Notes under the pieces: generated by a model
Seen by the model: the letters and a program-made list of their open reading frames with translations, nothing else
What the model was told of the DNA's origin: nothing
Databases searched by the model: none
Assembly (NCBI GenBank): GCA_029269845.2
Contig: CP149973.1
Coordinates: 570,001-602,000 of the forward strand
Reading direction: 5' to 3'
Source of the DNA: Opitutia bacterium KCR 482
Lineage (GTDB): Bacteria > Verrucomicrobiota > Verrucomicrobiia > Opitutales > Intestinicryptomonadaceae
DNA: 32,000 nt
In this document: positions 15,986 through 24,740 of the stretch, one piece after another
Layout: each line of letters opens with the position of its first letter
Numbering within the stretch: the stretch's first letter is position 1
Position numbers and translations under genes: made by a program

Positions 15986-16969
15986 ATGCTCTCACGACGC
16001 GGATTTTTTGCGACGCTGTTCGGTATCGCATTCGCAGTTCCGAACGCGCGCGCGTTGTGGGTAAAAAACGTAGAATATATACCCGTCTCAAAACTGGCGC
16101 AGCTCTGCGGAATGCGCTATAAAACGACGGTCGCAAAAAAGTCACAGACGGTGTTCGGGAAAACGTCGAGAATGACTTTCGAAACGAACTCCCGCGCGAT
16201 GGACTTGAACGGAATCACGGTCTGGCTCGGGCACGCGGTTGTCGAAAGCAAGGGCATGCTGTACGTGGCAAAGCGCGACTATTTCAAGTCGATAATTCCC
16301 ATTCTCTTTCCGCAAAACAACGGCACGCCGCCCAAGCTCTTCCACATTTTCATCGACGCGGGGCACGGCGGCAAAGACAGGGGCGCGTACAACAAAACCT
16401 ACAAACTCAGCGAAAAGGCGGTGAGCCTCGACATCGCGCTGAGACTCGGACGCGAGCTTAAAAAGAACGGCTATAAAGTGTCGTACTCGCGCACGCGCGA
16501 CGAATTTATAGAACTTGCCGACCGCCCAAAAAAGGCGAACGCCCTCCGCGCCGACCTCATGGTAAGCATTCACTGCAACGCTGCGGCGCCGTCGGTTTCG
16601 GGAATAGAGACATTCGCGCTGACGCCGCGCGCGATGCCGTCTACGACAAGCAAGGGCGTGTCGAAGTCCGACCACGTCGCGTACGGCGGGCACTCGAACG
16701 ACGAGTGGAACCAGCTTTTGGCGTACTACATTCAGAGGTCGCTGCACTACACAACGCGCTCGCCCGACAGGGGCGTGAAACGCGCGCGCTTCGCGGTGCT
16801 CAAAAGCCCGAAAATGCCCGCAACGCTCGTCGAATGCGGGTTCATCTCGAACAACTACGAGTGCAAAAACATGGCGACCGCCGCATACAGACAGAGAATC
16901 GCAACGACAATCGCAAACGCGATTATGAACTACCACGCAACCCTCCGCCGCCTTTCGGCGAAACGCTGA
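15986..16969 (+). CDS. N-acetylmuramoyl-L-alanine amidase (Amidase_3, AmiA/AmiC-like) with a Tat-type signal peptide
   Basis: The signal MLSRRGFFATLFGIAFAVPNARA has a twin-arginine motif and an AxA cleavage site. The catalytic blocks are IFIDAGHGGKDRGA, SIHCNA and VLKSPKMPATLVECGFISN. The start lies 4 nt after the infC stop. Confidence 0.88.
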   Translation: MLSRRGFFATLFGIAFAVPNARALWVKNVEYIPVSKLAQLCGMRYKTTVAKKSQTVFGKTSRMTFETNSRAMDLNGITVWLGHAVVESKGMLYVAKRDYFKSIIPILFPQNNGTPPKLFHIFIDAGHGGKDRGAYNKTYKLSEKAVSLDIALRLGRELKKNGYKVSYSRTRDEFIELADRPKKANALRADLMVSIHCNAAAPSVSGIETFALTPRAMPSTTSKGVSKSDHVAYGGHSNDEWNQLLAYYIQRSLHYTTRSPDRGVKRARFAVLKSPKMPATLVECGFISNNYECKNMATAAYRQRIATTIANAIMNYHATLRRLSAKR

Positions 16970-17014
16970 CGGCGGCGCGGCGCAAAACGGCTTCCGCAAT
17001 CGCGGACAGACTCC

Positions 17015-17060
17015 GCAAAAAAACTCCGCTTCCATTTCGGGCGCGGAGTTTTGCGTTTTC
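17015..17060. terminator. bidirectional intrinsic terminator between the convergent amidase and GH10 genes
   Basis: An A7 tract is followed by the stem ACTCCGC (17023-17029) / GCGGAGT (17043-17049) and then TTTTGCGTTTT. There are U-tracts in both reading directions. Confidence 0.6.
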
Positions 17061-17086
17061 GGAAGTCGACCTGTTTAAAGAGTCGC

Positions 17087-18529
17087 CTACTCTACCGTGA
17101 TGTAGGCGTGCTTGCGCACGTTTTTGTTGAGGATCACGGTTTGCTCGTACTTTTTGCCGTTGCGCTCGAACGACACTTTGTATGTGCCGTAGAAGCAGCG
17201 GAAGTGGAATTCGTCGGCGGATTTGTCGAACGAAAGGTCCGTGCGCCACTCCTTGTTTATGAGGCGGTCGAGAACGTCGTAGGCGGGTTTTTTTGAGAAG
17301 TCGCGGCGGATAATGCCGCTGTTGAAAACGTCCTCGCTGCCCGCGGTGCCGTCCACAAAGTGCCAGTAGGTGATTGCCTCGACTTTCGGGTGCGAAAACC
17401 ACAGCTTGTAGAAATTCTCGAAGAGGAACGCCTGCTTTTCCTCGCCGACTTTGCCCTCCGCCATGCACGGGAAGCTGATTTCGGTGATGTGGATTGGCTT
17501 GTTCAGGCGCGAGAACGTGTCGAGCACGTCGAAGAGTTCGTCGGGCGTCCACGATTCGCCCGCCATGAGGGCTTCGCGGTCTGCCTTTTTGAAGTAGTGG
17601 AGCTGAAGCCCGATTATGTCGAGCTTGCCGCCCCGCGCGAGAATGTCGGAAGTCAGCAGGTAGTCGGTGGCGTACTCGTGGTAGCGGGCGACGCGCATCC
17701 ACACGGGCGTGGTGTAGTTCATGATGAACTCGTTGTTGTACGAAAACGCGCGCTCCGCCTCCTTGAACGCCTTGAAAACGTGGTCGGTCGGGAAGTAGTT
17801 GGGAGTTTTGTAGTGGTCCTGAGTGTCGGAAGACTCGTTGGCGACGTCCCAAATGTTGATGTCGCCATTGTAGCGTTCGGCGATTTTGTCTATGTAGCGA
17901 CACATGTACTTTTCGATAAGCTTGCCCTCGCGCGGAGTCCACTCCGGAAGCCCGAATTTGTTGATGTACCACGCAAGGGGGTGCCCCTTCATTTTAAGCC
18001 CGTTTTTGTTGCAGAATTCTACGATTGCGTCCTGCGAAGGGCGGCGGTAGAGGTGCTCCACTCCCTGGGCGGAAACGTCCTTCGCGAACTGGTACACGCC
18101 GTCCTTCTGCTCGTACGCCTTCCAATAGAACGGAACTGTGGCGAAGTTGAAAAGCTCCAAAAAATGCTTTTCGTAGAGTCGGTTTTCCTCCTCTGTTTTG
18201 AAGCCGCCGAGCAGGAAAATCTGCGCCCCGAAAAGGAAGTCGTGCCGAAGCATTTCTACTTTGAGATTGTCCACTTTCACGGGGCGTTTTTTTTGGTCGA
18301 TAAACGTCAGATAGAAATCTCCCTTGCGGTTGTTTTCGATTCCGAGGGCGATTTTCTCCTGCAAGACGGGATCTGCCCAAAGCGATTTGAGCTTGTCGGA
18401 CAGCGGGGCTTCGCCCTTTTGCGCGGCGTTTGCCTTGCGTTCCCACGGCATTGTTTTTGCGCCGTGCTGGGCGAAAATCGGCGACGCCGCAAGAGACGCC
18501 GCCGCCAACATCAAAATAAGCTTCTTCAT
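17087..18529 (-). CDS. glycoside hydrolase family 10 (endo-beta-1,4-xylanase-like), secreted
   Basis: A GGAGG Shine-Dalgarno sequence lies 5 nt upstream of the ATG. The signal peptide is MKKLILMLAAASLAASPIFAQ. The GH10 acid/base block is WDVANE and the nucleophile block is IHITEISF. GHPLAWY is also present. Confidence 0.85.
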   Translation of the reverse strand: MKKLILMLAAASLAASPIFAQHGAKTMPWERKANAAQKGEAPLSDKLKSLWADPVLQEKIALGIENNRKGDFYLTFIDQKKRPVKVDNLKVEMLRHDFLFGAQIFLLGGFKTEEENRLYEKHFLELFNFATVPFYWKAYEQKDGVYQFAKDVSAQGVEHLYRRPSQDAIVEFCNKNGLKMKGHPLAWYINKFGLPEWTPREGKLIEKYMCRYIDKIAERYNGDINIWDVANESSDTQDHYKTPNYFPTDHVFKAFKEAERAFSYNNEFIMNYTTPVWMRVARYHEYATDYLLTSDILARGGKLDIIGLQLHYFKKADREALMAGESWTPDELFDVLDTFSRLNKPIHITEISFPCMAEGKVGEEKQAFLFENFYKLWFSHPKVEAITYWHFVDGTAGSEDVFNSGIIRRDFSKKPAYDVLDRLINKEWRTDLSFDKSADEFHFRCFYGTYKVSFERNGKKYEQTVILNKNVRKHAYITVE

Positions 18530-18602
18530 AAGTTCCTCCGAATGTGTGCAGGTTGTTGTTTAATTCGGGAAAAACGTTTAGCAAAAAACGCGGTCTTTCA
18601 CA

Positions 18603-18634
18603 ACAAAAAACGCGCCGGACGGAAGTCCGACGCG
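18603..18634 (-). terminator. intrinsic terminator after hemL (minus strand)
   Basis: A 10-bp stem, CGCGCCGGAC (18611-20) / GTCCGACGCG (18625-34), has one mismatch and a tetraloop. On the minus strand it is followed by T6 (complement of 18605-18610). Confidence 0.6.
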
Positions 18635-18653
18635 CCGAAAAAGCCGCAAAATG

Positions 18654-19928
18654 TCAAAGAAGCGCAACGGATTTTGAAACGACTTCCGCCGCCCTGTCCA
18701 AATCGTCCTGCGTGTGGGCGGCGCTCATGAAGCAGATTTCGAAAGCCGACGGCGCAAAATAGACGCCGCCGTCGAGACAGCCCTTGAAGAATTTTTTGTA
18801 CAAGCCCGTGTCGGAACGCCGCGCGACGTCGTAGTTTACGACCTCCTCGGAATTGAAGAAGAACGAGAAAAGCGACGCCGCCATCGGCGTCCGGATTGCC
18901 ACGCCCTTCTTTTGCGCCGCCGCGCGAACCGCGTCCACAATGAACTTCGATTTGCGTTCAAGCTCGGCATAGGGATTGGACTCGCGGATTAGCGTAAGAG
19001 CCGCGATTCCCGCCGCCATCGCGAGCGGATTGCCGCTGAGCGTGCCCGCCTGATACACCGGCCCCAGCGGCGCAATGTATTCCATGATGTCGCGGCGTCC
19101 GCAGAACGCGCCGACGGGAAGCCCGCCGCCTATGATTTTTCCGAGGGCGCAGAGGTCGGGCAAAACGCCCTCGCGAGCCTGCGCTCCGCCTGCGGCGACG
19201 CGGAAGCCGGTAATTACTTCGTCGAAAATCAGAAGGCTTCCGTATTTGTCGCAGACGCTCCGCAGATGTTTCAGGAAGCCCGCTTTCGGCGGAATAAGCC
19301 CGACGTTCGCGGGGTACGGCTCAACGATAATGCACGCAATTCCTTCGCCGTATTTTGCGAAGCATTCGTCTACCGCGTCGGCGTCGTTAAACGGCAGAAC
19401 AAGGGTGAGCTTTGCGAGGTCGGAGGGAATGCCCGCGGAATCGGGATTGCCGAAAGTAAGCGCGCCGCTGCCAGCCTTGACAAGCAGGCTGTCGACGTGC
19501 CCGTGGTAGCAGCCAGCGAACTTCACAATCTTGTCGCGCTTGGTGAATCCCCGCGCGAGCCTGATTGCCGACATCGTTGCCTCCGTGCCCGAATTCGTCA
19601 TTCTGACCATTTCCGCGCAGGGAATCATCGCGTTGATGAGCTTTGCCATTTGCAGTTCGCCCTCCGACGGCGTGCCGAACGACGTGCCGTTTTGCAGCGC
19701 CTTTTCTATCGCCGCGCGGATAACGGGGTGGTCGTGCCCGAAGAGCGCGGGGCCCCAAGTGCAGACGAAATCGACAAGCTCGCGGCCGTCCGCCGTGCGG
19801 AGCTTTGCGCCGTGCGCCGACTCCGTGAAAAACGGCTCGCCGTCTACACTGCGGAACGCGCGGACGGGCGAGTTCACGCCGCCGACAAGATATTTTTTGG
19901 ATTCTTCGAAAAGTTCCTTCGAGTTCAT
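18654..19928 (-). CDS. hemL: glutamate-1-semialdehyde 2,1-aminomutase
   Basis: The N-terminus is MNSKELFEESKKYLVGGVNSPVRAF. FDEVITGFR is present. The PLP-lysine block is LGKIIGGGLPVGAF. The product is 424 aa. Confidence 0.94.
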   Translation of the reverse strand: MNSKELFEESKKYLVGGVNSPVRAFRSVDGEPFFTESAHGAKLRTADGRELVDFVCTWGPALFGHDHPVIRAAIEKALQNGTSFGTPSEGELQMAKLINAMIPCAEMVRMTNSGTEATMSAIRLARGFTKRDKIVKFAGCYHGHVDSLLVKAGSGALTFGNPDSAGIPSDLAKLTLVLPFNDADAVDECFAKYGEGIACIIVEPYPANVGLIPPKAGFLKHLRSVCDKYGSLLIFDEVITGFRVAAGGAQAREGVLPDLCALGKIIGGGLPVGAFCGRRDIMEYIAPLGPVYQAGTLSGNPLAMAAGIAALTLIRESNPYAELERKSKFIVDAVRAAAQKKGVAIRTPMAASLFSFFFNSEEVVNYDVARRSDTGLYKKFFKGCLDGGVYFAPSAFEICFMSAAHTQDDLDRAAEVVSKSVALL

Positions 19929-19935
19929 AAAAAGC

Positions 19936-21600
19936 CTACTGAATGCCGCGACGCGCCGCCACGGGGATTTTTCTGTCCGACGCGTACGCTACCGTCGAAA
20001 CTTTCGGGCCAATCGGGTACTGAGTGCGCTTGTACTCGGCGCGGGCGACCTTGCGGGCGACGTCCTCGACAACCGCCCTGTCGAAGCCGCGCCCGACGAT
20101 TTCGGAAACCGACATGTATTCGTCGATGTGCAGGCGCAAAATTGCGTCGAAGAGGTCGTAGGGCGGCAGGGAGTCCTCGTCTTTCTGGTCGGGGCGAAGC
20201 TCCGCCGACGGCGGTTTGTCTATCGTGTTTTGCGGAATGATTTCGCGCCCCGCCTCCCTGTTTATGAGGTTCGAAATTCTGTAAACCTCCGTCTTGTAGA
20301 GGTCGGAAATCGGGGCGAAGCCGCCGCAGGTGTCGCCGTAGAGGGTGCAGTAGCCGACGGCGCATTCGCTCTTGTTGCCAGTAGTCAAAACCAACGCGCC
20401 GAATTTATTTGAAATCGCCATCAGCACAAGCCCGCGCGCGCGCGACTGTATGTTTTCCTCGGTGACGTCGCGCGGGCGACCCGCAAACAGCGGCGCGAGG
20501 GTCGATTCCGTCGCCGCGACGATTTCGGCAATCGAGACGGTGTGGAACTCTATCCCCAAATTTTCGGCGAGCTTGCGGGCGTCGCCCTTGCTGTGTTCGC
20601 TCGAAATTTTCGACGGCATGGAGACGCCGATTACGCGCTCCGCGCCCAGAGCCTCGACCGCCAGAGCCGCCACAAGCGCGGAGTCTATGCCGCCGCTAAG
20701 CCCTATGAGCACGCGCTTTATCGCGCATTTTTCGACGAAGTCGCGCAGAGCCATGACGACCGCCTTTTTGAGGTCGGCGTCGCCCTTGAAGTCGGCGGAG
20801 TCTCCGTCGAAGCCCGCCACTTTTTCGGTATCTATAATGCGACAGTCCTCCGCGAATTTTTCAAGGCACTGCGACTTCGGCTCTCCGCGCGAAGCGTCAA
20901 CATACATGCTCCCGCCCGCGAAAACAATTTCGTCGTTGCCGCCCACAAGGTTGCACCAAAGAAGCGGAGCGCCGACGAGCTTCGAGACTTCGCAAAGTAG
21001 GCCGCCCCTGTGGCGCACGGTGTCGTTGCCGCTCGAAAAGACGCTTGCCGAAATGTTTACGAGCATGTCGATTTTTCCGCCCCCCGCAAAATAGTCGAGC
21101 GGCTTGGGGAAGTACTCGTAGCGGGCGGCGGTGGGGATTGTCGGGAGAGTCCAGATGTCTTCGCAAATGGTGATTCCCAAGCGTTTGCCCTTGAATTCCA
21201 CAACGCAAAAATCCTTGCCCGAATCGAAGTTGCGGGCGTCGTTGAGCGCGCCGTAGTTGGGCAGCAAATGCTTGTCGCACACGGCGGCGGCCTTTCCGTT
21301 TTCGAGCCAGTACGCCGAGTTGCGGTAGCCCACCGAGCCGTCTCCGCACGCGCGGGGGCAGCCCACGAGCGCGGGAAGCGGAAGTTTTTTTGCAAGCTCC
21401 GCAAGGGTTTTCTGCGCGGCTTCCACGAATTTTCCGTAAAACACGAGGTCCTTTATCGGATACCCCGAAACCGCCGATTCTGGAAATACCGCGAAGTCCG
21501 CGCCGTCGCGGGCGAATTTTTCGCACGCGGTTAAAATCTTTTGCGCGTTGCCTTCGAAATCGCCCACGCGCGTGTCAATCTGCCCTACTCCGATTTTCAT
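19936..21600 (-). CDS. nadE: glutamine-dependent NAD(+) synthetase (CN-hydrolase domain + NAD synthetase domain)
   Basis: The N-terminal nitrilase-type triad context is VFPESAVSGY, KHLLPNYG and GITICEDIW. The C-terminal PP-loop is GLSGGIDSA. The product is 554 aa. The stop lies 7 nt before the hemL start. Confidence 0.92.
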   Translation of the reverse strand: MKIGVGQIDTRVGDFEGNAQKILTACEKFARDGADFAVFPESAVSGYPIKDLVFYGKFVEAAQKTLAELAKKLPLPALVGCPRACGDGSVGYRNSAYWLENGKAAAVCDKHLLPNYGALNDARNFDSGKDFCVVEFKGKRLGITICEDIWTLPTIPTAARYEYFPKPLDYFAGGGKIDMLVNISASVFSSGNDTVRHRGGLLCEVSKLVGAPLLWCNLVGGNDEIVFAGGSMYVDASRGEPKSQCLEKFAEDCRIIDTEKVAGFDGDSADFKGDADLKKAVVMALRDFVEKCAIKRVLIGLSGGIDSALVAALAVEALGAERVIGVSMPSKISSEHSKGDARKLAENLGIEFHTVSIAEIVAATESTLAPLFAGRPRDVTEENIQSRARGLVLMAISNKFGALVLTTGNKSECAVGYCTLYGDTCGGFAPISDLYKTEVYRISNLINREAGREIIPQNTIDKPPSAELRPDQKDEDSLPPYDLFDAILRLHIDEYMSVSEIVGRGFDRAVVEDVARKVARAEYKRTQYPIGPKVSTVAYASDRKIPVAARRGIQ

Positions 21601-21645
21601 TTTCGTAAAACCGACATTTTTTTTCAGAACGCCGCCTTTGCAAGC

Positions 21646-21689
21646 TTATAAAAAAGAAAGCGTCGCGAAGCCCACACGCTCCGCGACGC
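21646..21689 (-). terminator. intrinsic terminator after the 260-aa hypothetical gene (minus strand)
   Basis: The stem is GCGTCGCG (21660-67) / CGCGACGC (21682-89). On the minus strand it is followed by TTTCTTTTTTAT (complement of 21648-21659). Confidence 0.6.
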
Positions 21690-21755
21690 AAAATGCCGCA
21701 TTTTGCGCGGGTTTGTTCCGCGCCCCGCAGGGAAGTCGGACTTCCGCACGCTATG

Positions 21756-22538
21756 CTATTCGTCGTAGGAGACGCCTGCGGGGAGGTCTTCCGTTACGAC
21801 TTTGCGCCACTTGCCGCCGACTTTCACGACCACAATGTCGTTGTCTTTGTCGTAGAACATCGCGCCGTTCTTGGCGTTTTTGAGAGCCTTCTTTTTGAGC
21901 ATTTTAAGCTCGTACTGGTACATGACTCCCATGCGGGCGTGCTCGCAGTCCCTGTCCGTCTCGAATTTTTCGCGGGGGTGGAGTTTTTCCGCCTCGGCTT
22001 TCCAGTCTGCCGCGGGCGGCATTTTGTCGAGCAAATCCGCCCTGCCTATATTGTCGAGAACGAAGAGATTGCGCATATCGACTTCGCCGTAGAAAATAGC
22101 CTTGTCGCGCCCGAACATGAACGAGTGGTACGGAACGTCCGAGCCTACCCTGAACCAGTTGTACGCCGAAAAGCCCTGCCCGTACGCCGCCGCGTAATAG
22201 TAAAGCTCCGCGACGGGCAGCCCTTCCTCGACGTGCTTGTTCAAAATCATCGTGATGCGCGAGCGGTCGTCGCGGGCATACGCCTCGAAAACGTGCAAGC
22301 CCCAGCGTTTCTTGAAGTTGTCGTTGCCGCGAACCATAATGGTCGAGTTCGTCATTATCGACGAGTCGAAGTAAATCGGGACGGGAACTTTCGTCTTGTC
22401 GAAGCCGTAGTTGTATGCCTGATTCTTCCAGTTCGCCCAGTCGGCGTCTACGCCCGAAAAGAACTTGGGAGACGAGTCTCCGCCGAACGCCGAAAATGCT
22501 GCTGCGAGCGAAACGAGTATTGCGGGTATTTTTTTCAT
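21756..22538 (-). CDS. hypothetical secreted protein (260 aa), no family recognised
   Basis: The signal peptide is MKKIPAILVSLAAAFSAFG. The coding-type composition and codon style match the neighbouring genes. The mature protein is aromatic-rich (YYYAAAYGQGFSAYNWF). I can identify no catalytic motif. Confidence 0.6.
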   Translation of the reverse strand: MKKIPAILVSLAAAFSAFGGDSSPKFFSGVDADWANWKNQAYNYGFDKTKVPVPIYFDSSIMTNSTIMVRGNDNFKKRWGLHVFEAYARDDRSRITMILNKHVEEGLPVAELYYYAAAYGQGFSAYNWFRVGSDVPYHSFMFGRDKAIFYGEVDMRNLFVLDNIGRADLLDKMPPAADWKAEAEKLHPREKFETDRDCEHARMGVMYQYELKMLKKKALKNAKNGAMFYDKDNDIVVVKVGGKWRKVVTEDLPAGVSYDE

Positions 22539-22571
22539 AGTGCGATTTTTCTATTTGTTGTTGTCCTAAAT

Positions 22572-23384
22572 TCAAAGCGCGGATTTGCTCCGCAAAGCCT
22601 CGTACAAAAACAGGGCGGCGGCGACGTTTACGTTCATGCTGTCGGAAATTCCGCCCATGGGGATTTTCACCCTGCAATCAAGAAGCCCGTTCCAGTCATC
22701 GCCGAGACCGTCCTTTTCCGAGCCTACGACAATCGCGCAGGGAACGGACATGTCGGCGTTCCAGAGGAAGTCCGACGCGCCCAGATGCGCCCCGAAAGTT
22801 TTTATGCCGCGGGCTTTCAGCCACTCCGCCGCCTCCGCGGGCGTAGCCTCGGCGACTTTTACCGAAAACAGCGCACCCTGCGACGCGCGGACAACCGCGG
22901 GGTTGAAAATGTCGCAGACGGAATTTGTGAGGATTACCGCCTCCGCGCAGAGGGCGTCGGCGCTGCGCAAAAGCGCGCCGAGGTTGCCCGATTTTTCGAT
23001 TGAATCGGCGACAAGCACCGTCGGATTCTCCGCGCCCGAAAGCTCCAGCTCTTCCAGCCCGCAACTCCACTGCTTTACGACGCCGATAAGGCCGTCGCAG
23101 CCCTCGCGGTTCGAGACTTTTTCGAACGCGCCCGCCGACAGCCGGCAGAGCGGAATTTCGGAGTCGGCCCGCAGTTTTTCGACAAACGCCGAATGCTCGC
23201 CGCTTTTGAAAAAGTCGGGGCAAAAATAAATTTCGTCCGCGCCGACGGTTTCGACGCAGCGCGAAAGCTCGCGCAGTCCCTCGACCGCAAAAAGCCCCGT
23301 TTTCCTGCGCCCCGCCCTGTCGCGCAGCCTGTCTAAAAGCTTCACGCGCGGATTCTGTCTGCTCTGTATAAATTCGTCGGACAT
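22572..23384 (-). CDS. TrmH/SpoU-family RNA 2'-O-methyltransferase (RlmB-like)
   Basis: The SPOUT motifs are KSGNLGALLRSADA, IVVGSEKDGL and IPMGGISDSMNVNVAAALFLYE. The product is 270 aa. Confidence 0.88.
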   Translation of the reverse strand: MSDEFIQSRQNPRVKLLDRLRDRAGRRKTGLFAVEGLRELSRCVETVGADEIYFCPDFFKSGEHSAFVEKLRADSEIPLCRLSAGAFEKVSNREGCDGLIGVVKQWSCGLEELELSGAENPTVLVADSIEKSGNLGALLRSADALCAEAVILTNSVCDIFNPAVVRASQGALFSVKVAEATPAEAAEWLKARGIKTFGAHLGASDFLWNADMSVPCAIVVGSEKDGLGDDWNGLLDCRVKIPMGGISDSMNVNVAAALFLYEALRSKSAL

Positions 23385-23438
23385 ATTTTAGTGTTGCCCT
23401 TATACGAAAACATAAAAAACTGTCCTGACAACTTTTTT

Positions 23439-24656
23439 ATGAACAAACACGACACTCCCCCAAAAAATTTCGTACCCGAACCCTTCCAGTACCGCGAAAT
23501 CGTCGAGCTTGACATCGACGACCTCACGAACCTCGGTGCGGGCGTGGGACGCATCGACGGCTGGGTCGTCATGGTGCCGTTCGCGCTCGGCGGCGAACGC
23601 GTGAAGGCACGCGTGTACAAAAACCACAAAAACTTTTCGGAGGCCGATTTGGTAGAAGTGCTGAAAGAGTCGCCCGACCGCGTAAAGCCCGTCTGCCCGC
23701 TCTTCGGCACTTGCGGCGGCTGCCAGTACCAGCACTTGGCGTACCCCGCGCAGCTCGAATGGAAGCGCAGGCAGGTTCGCGAGCTTGTCAAAAGAATCGG
23801 AGGGATAGACTTCGAAGTGTCGCCGACGCACGGCTCGCCCGCGCAGTACGGGTACAGGTCGAAGCTCACGCCCCACTACGAACGCCCGCGCAACGGCGAA
23901 ATGCCCGTGGGCTTCATCATGCAGGGCAGGAGAAGCGCGCTTGTCGACGTTCCGCAGTGCCCGATTGCGTCGAGCGCAATCAACGCCGCCCTGCCCGCCG
24001 CGCACGGGCGAATCAAAAAATCGAACCCGCGCCGCGGCGGAACGCTCCTTTTGCGCGACTGCGCAGAGGGCGTCTGCCAGGACAACAACGCGATTATCAC
24101 CGAGCGCGTCGGCGGCATCGCCTACCAGTTCTGCGCGGGCGAATTTTTCCAAAACAACCCGCACATTCTGCCCGACCTCGTAAACTACGCGATTTCCGAG
24201 GCGGAAGGCTCGCGCAACCTCGTCGACGCGTACTGCGGGGTGGGCGTGTTCGCGCTGGCGGCGGCGAAGAAATTCGAAAACGTCGCGGGAGTGGAAATCA
24301 GCTCGAAGGCAATAGTCTGCGCGAACGCCAACGCAAAAATCAACGGAATAAAAAACTGCGAATTCCTCATCGGCAAGGCGGAGACGATTTTCGACGGCGT
24401 GGCAAAAAAATTCGGCGGCGCGGAGACATCGGTAATCATAGACCCGCCCCGCGCGGGCTGCGACACCGCGTTCCTCGAACAGCTCACGGCGTTCGCGCCG
24501 CGGCGCATAGTCTACGTCTCGTGCGGCCCCGACACGCAGGCGCGCGACCTCGCGTACCTTGTCTCGCACGGATACAGGCTGCTCAAACTGCAACCCTTCG
24601 ACCTCTTTCCGCAGACGCGGCACATCGAAAACGTCGCGACCCTCGAAGCCGAATAG
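23439..24656 (+). CDS. TRAM-domain, Fe-S-cluster RNA (uracil-5-)-methyltransferase (RlmD/RumA family)
   Basis: A TRAM-like N-terminal region (DDLTNLGAGVGRIDGWVVMVPFALGGERVKARV) is present. The Cys cluster is CPLFGTCGGCQYQH plus PQCPI. The SAM fold motifs are DAYCGVGVF and DPPRAGC. I chose the start at ATG 23439. The ORF-track start at 23391 is a GTG only 6 nt from the divergent gene. Confidence 0.85.
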   Translation: MNKHDTPPKNFVPEPFQYREIVELDIDDLTNLGAGVGRIDGWVVMVPFALGGERVKARVYKNHKNFSEADLVEVLKESPDRVKPVCPLFGTCGGCQYQHLAYPAQLEWKRRQVRELVKRIGGIDFEVSPTHGSPAQYGYRSKLTPHYERPRNGEMPVGFIMQGRRSALVDVPQCPIASSAINAALPAAHGRIKKSNPRRGGTLLLRDCAEGVCQDNNAIITERVGGIAYQFCAGEFFQNNPHILPDLVNYAISEAEGSRNLVDAYCGVGVFALAAAKKFENVAGVEISSKAIVCANANAKINGIKNCEFLIGKAETIFDGVAKKFGGAETSVIIDPPRAGCDTAFLEQLTAFAPRRIVYVSCGPDTQARDLAYLVSHGYRLLKLQPFDLFPQTRHIENVATLEAE

Positions 24657-24740
24657 GCGCAAAAATGCTCGACACCGTACGCAAACCCGCGCATATTCCG
24701 ACTACATTTACACAATTAAAATACGCATTATATTTTCCAA

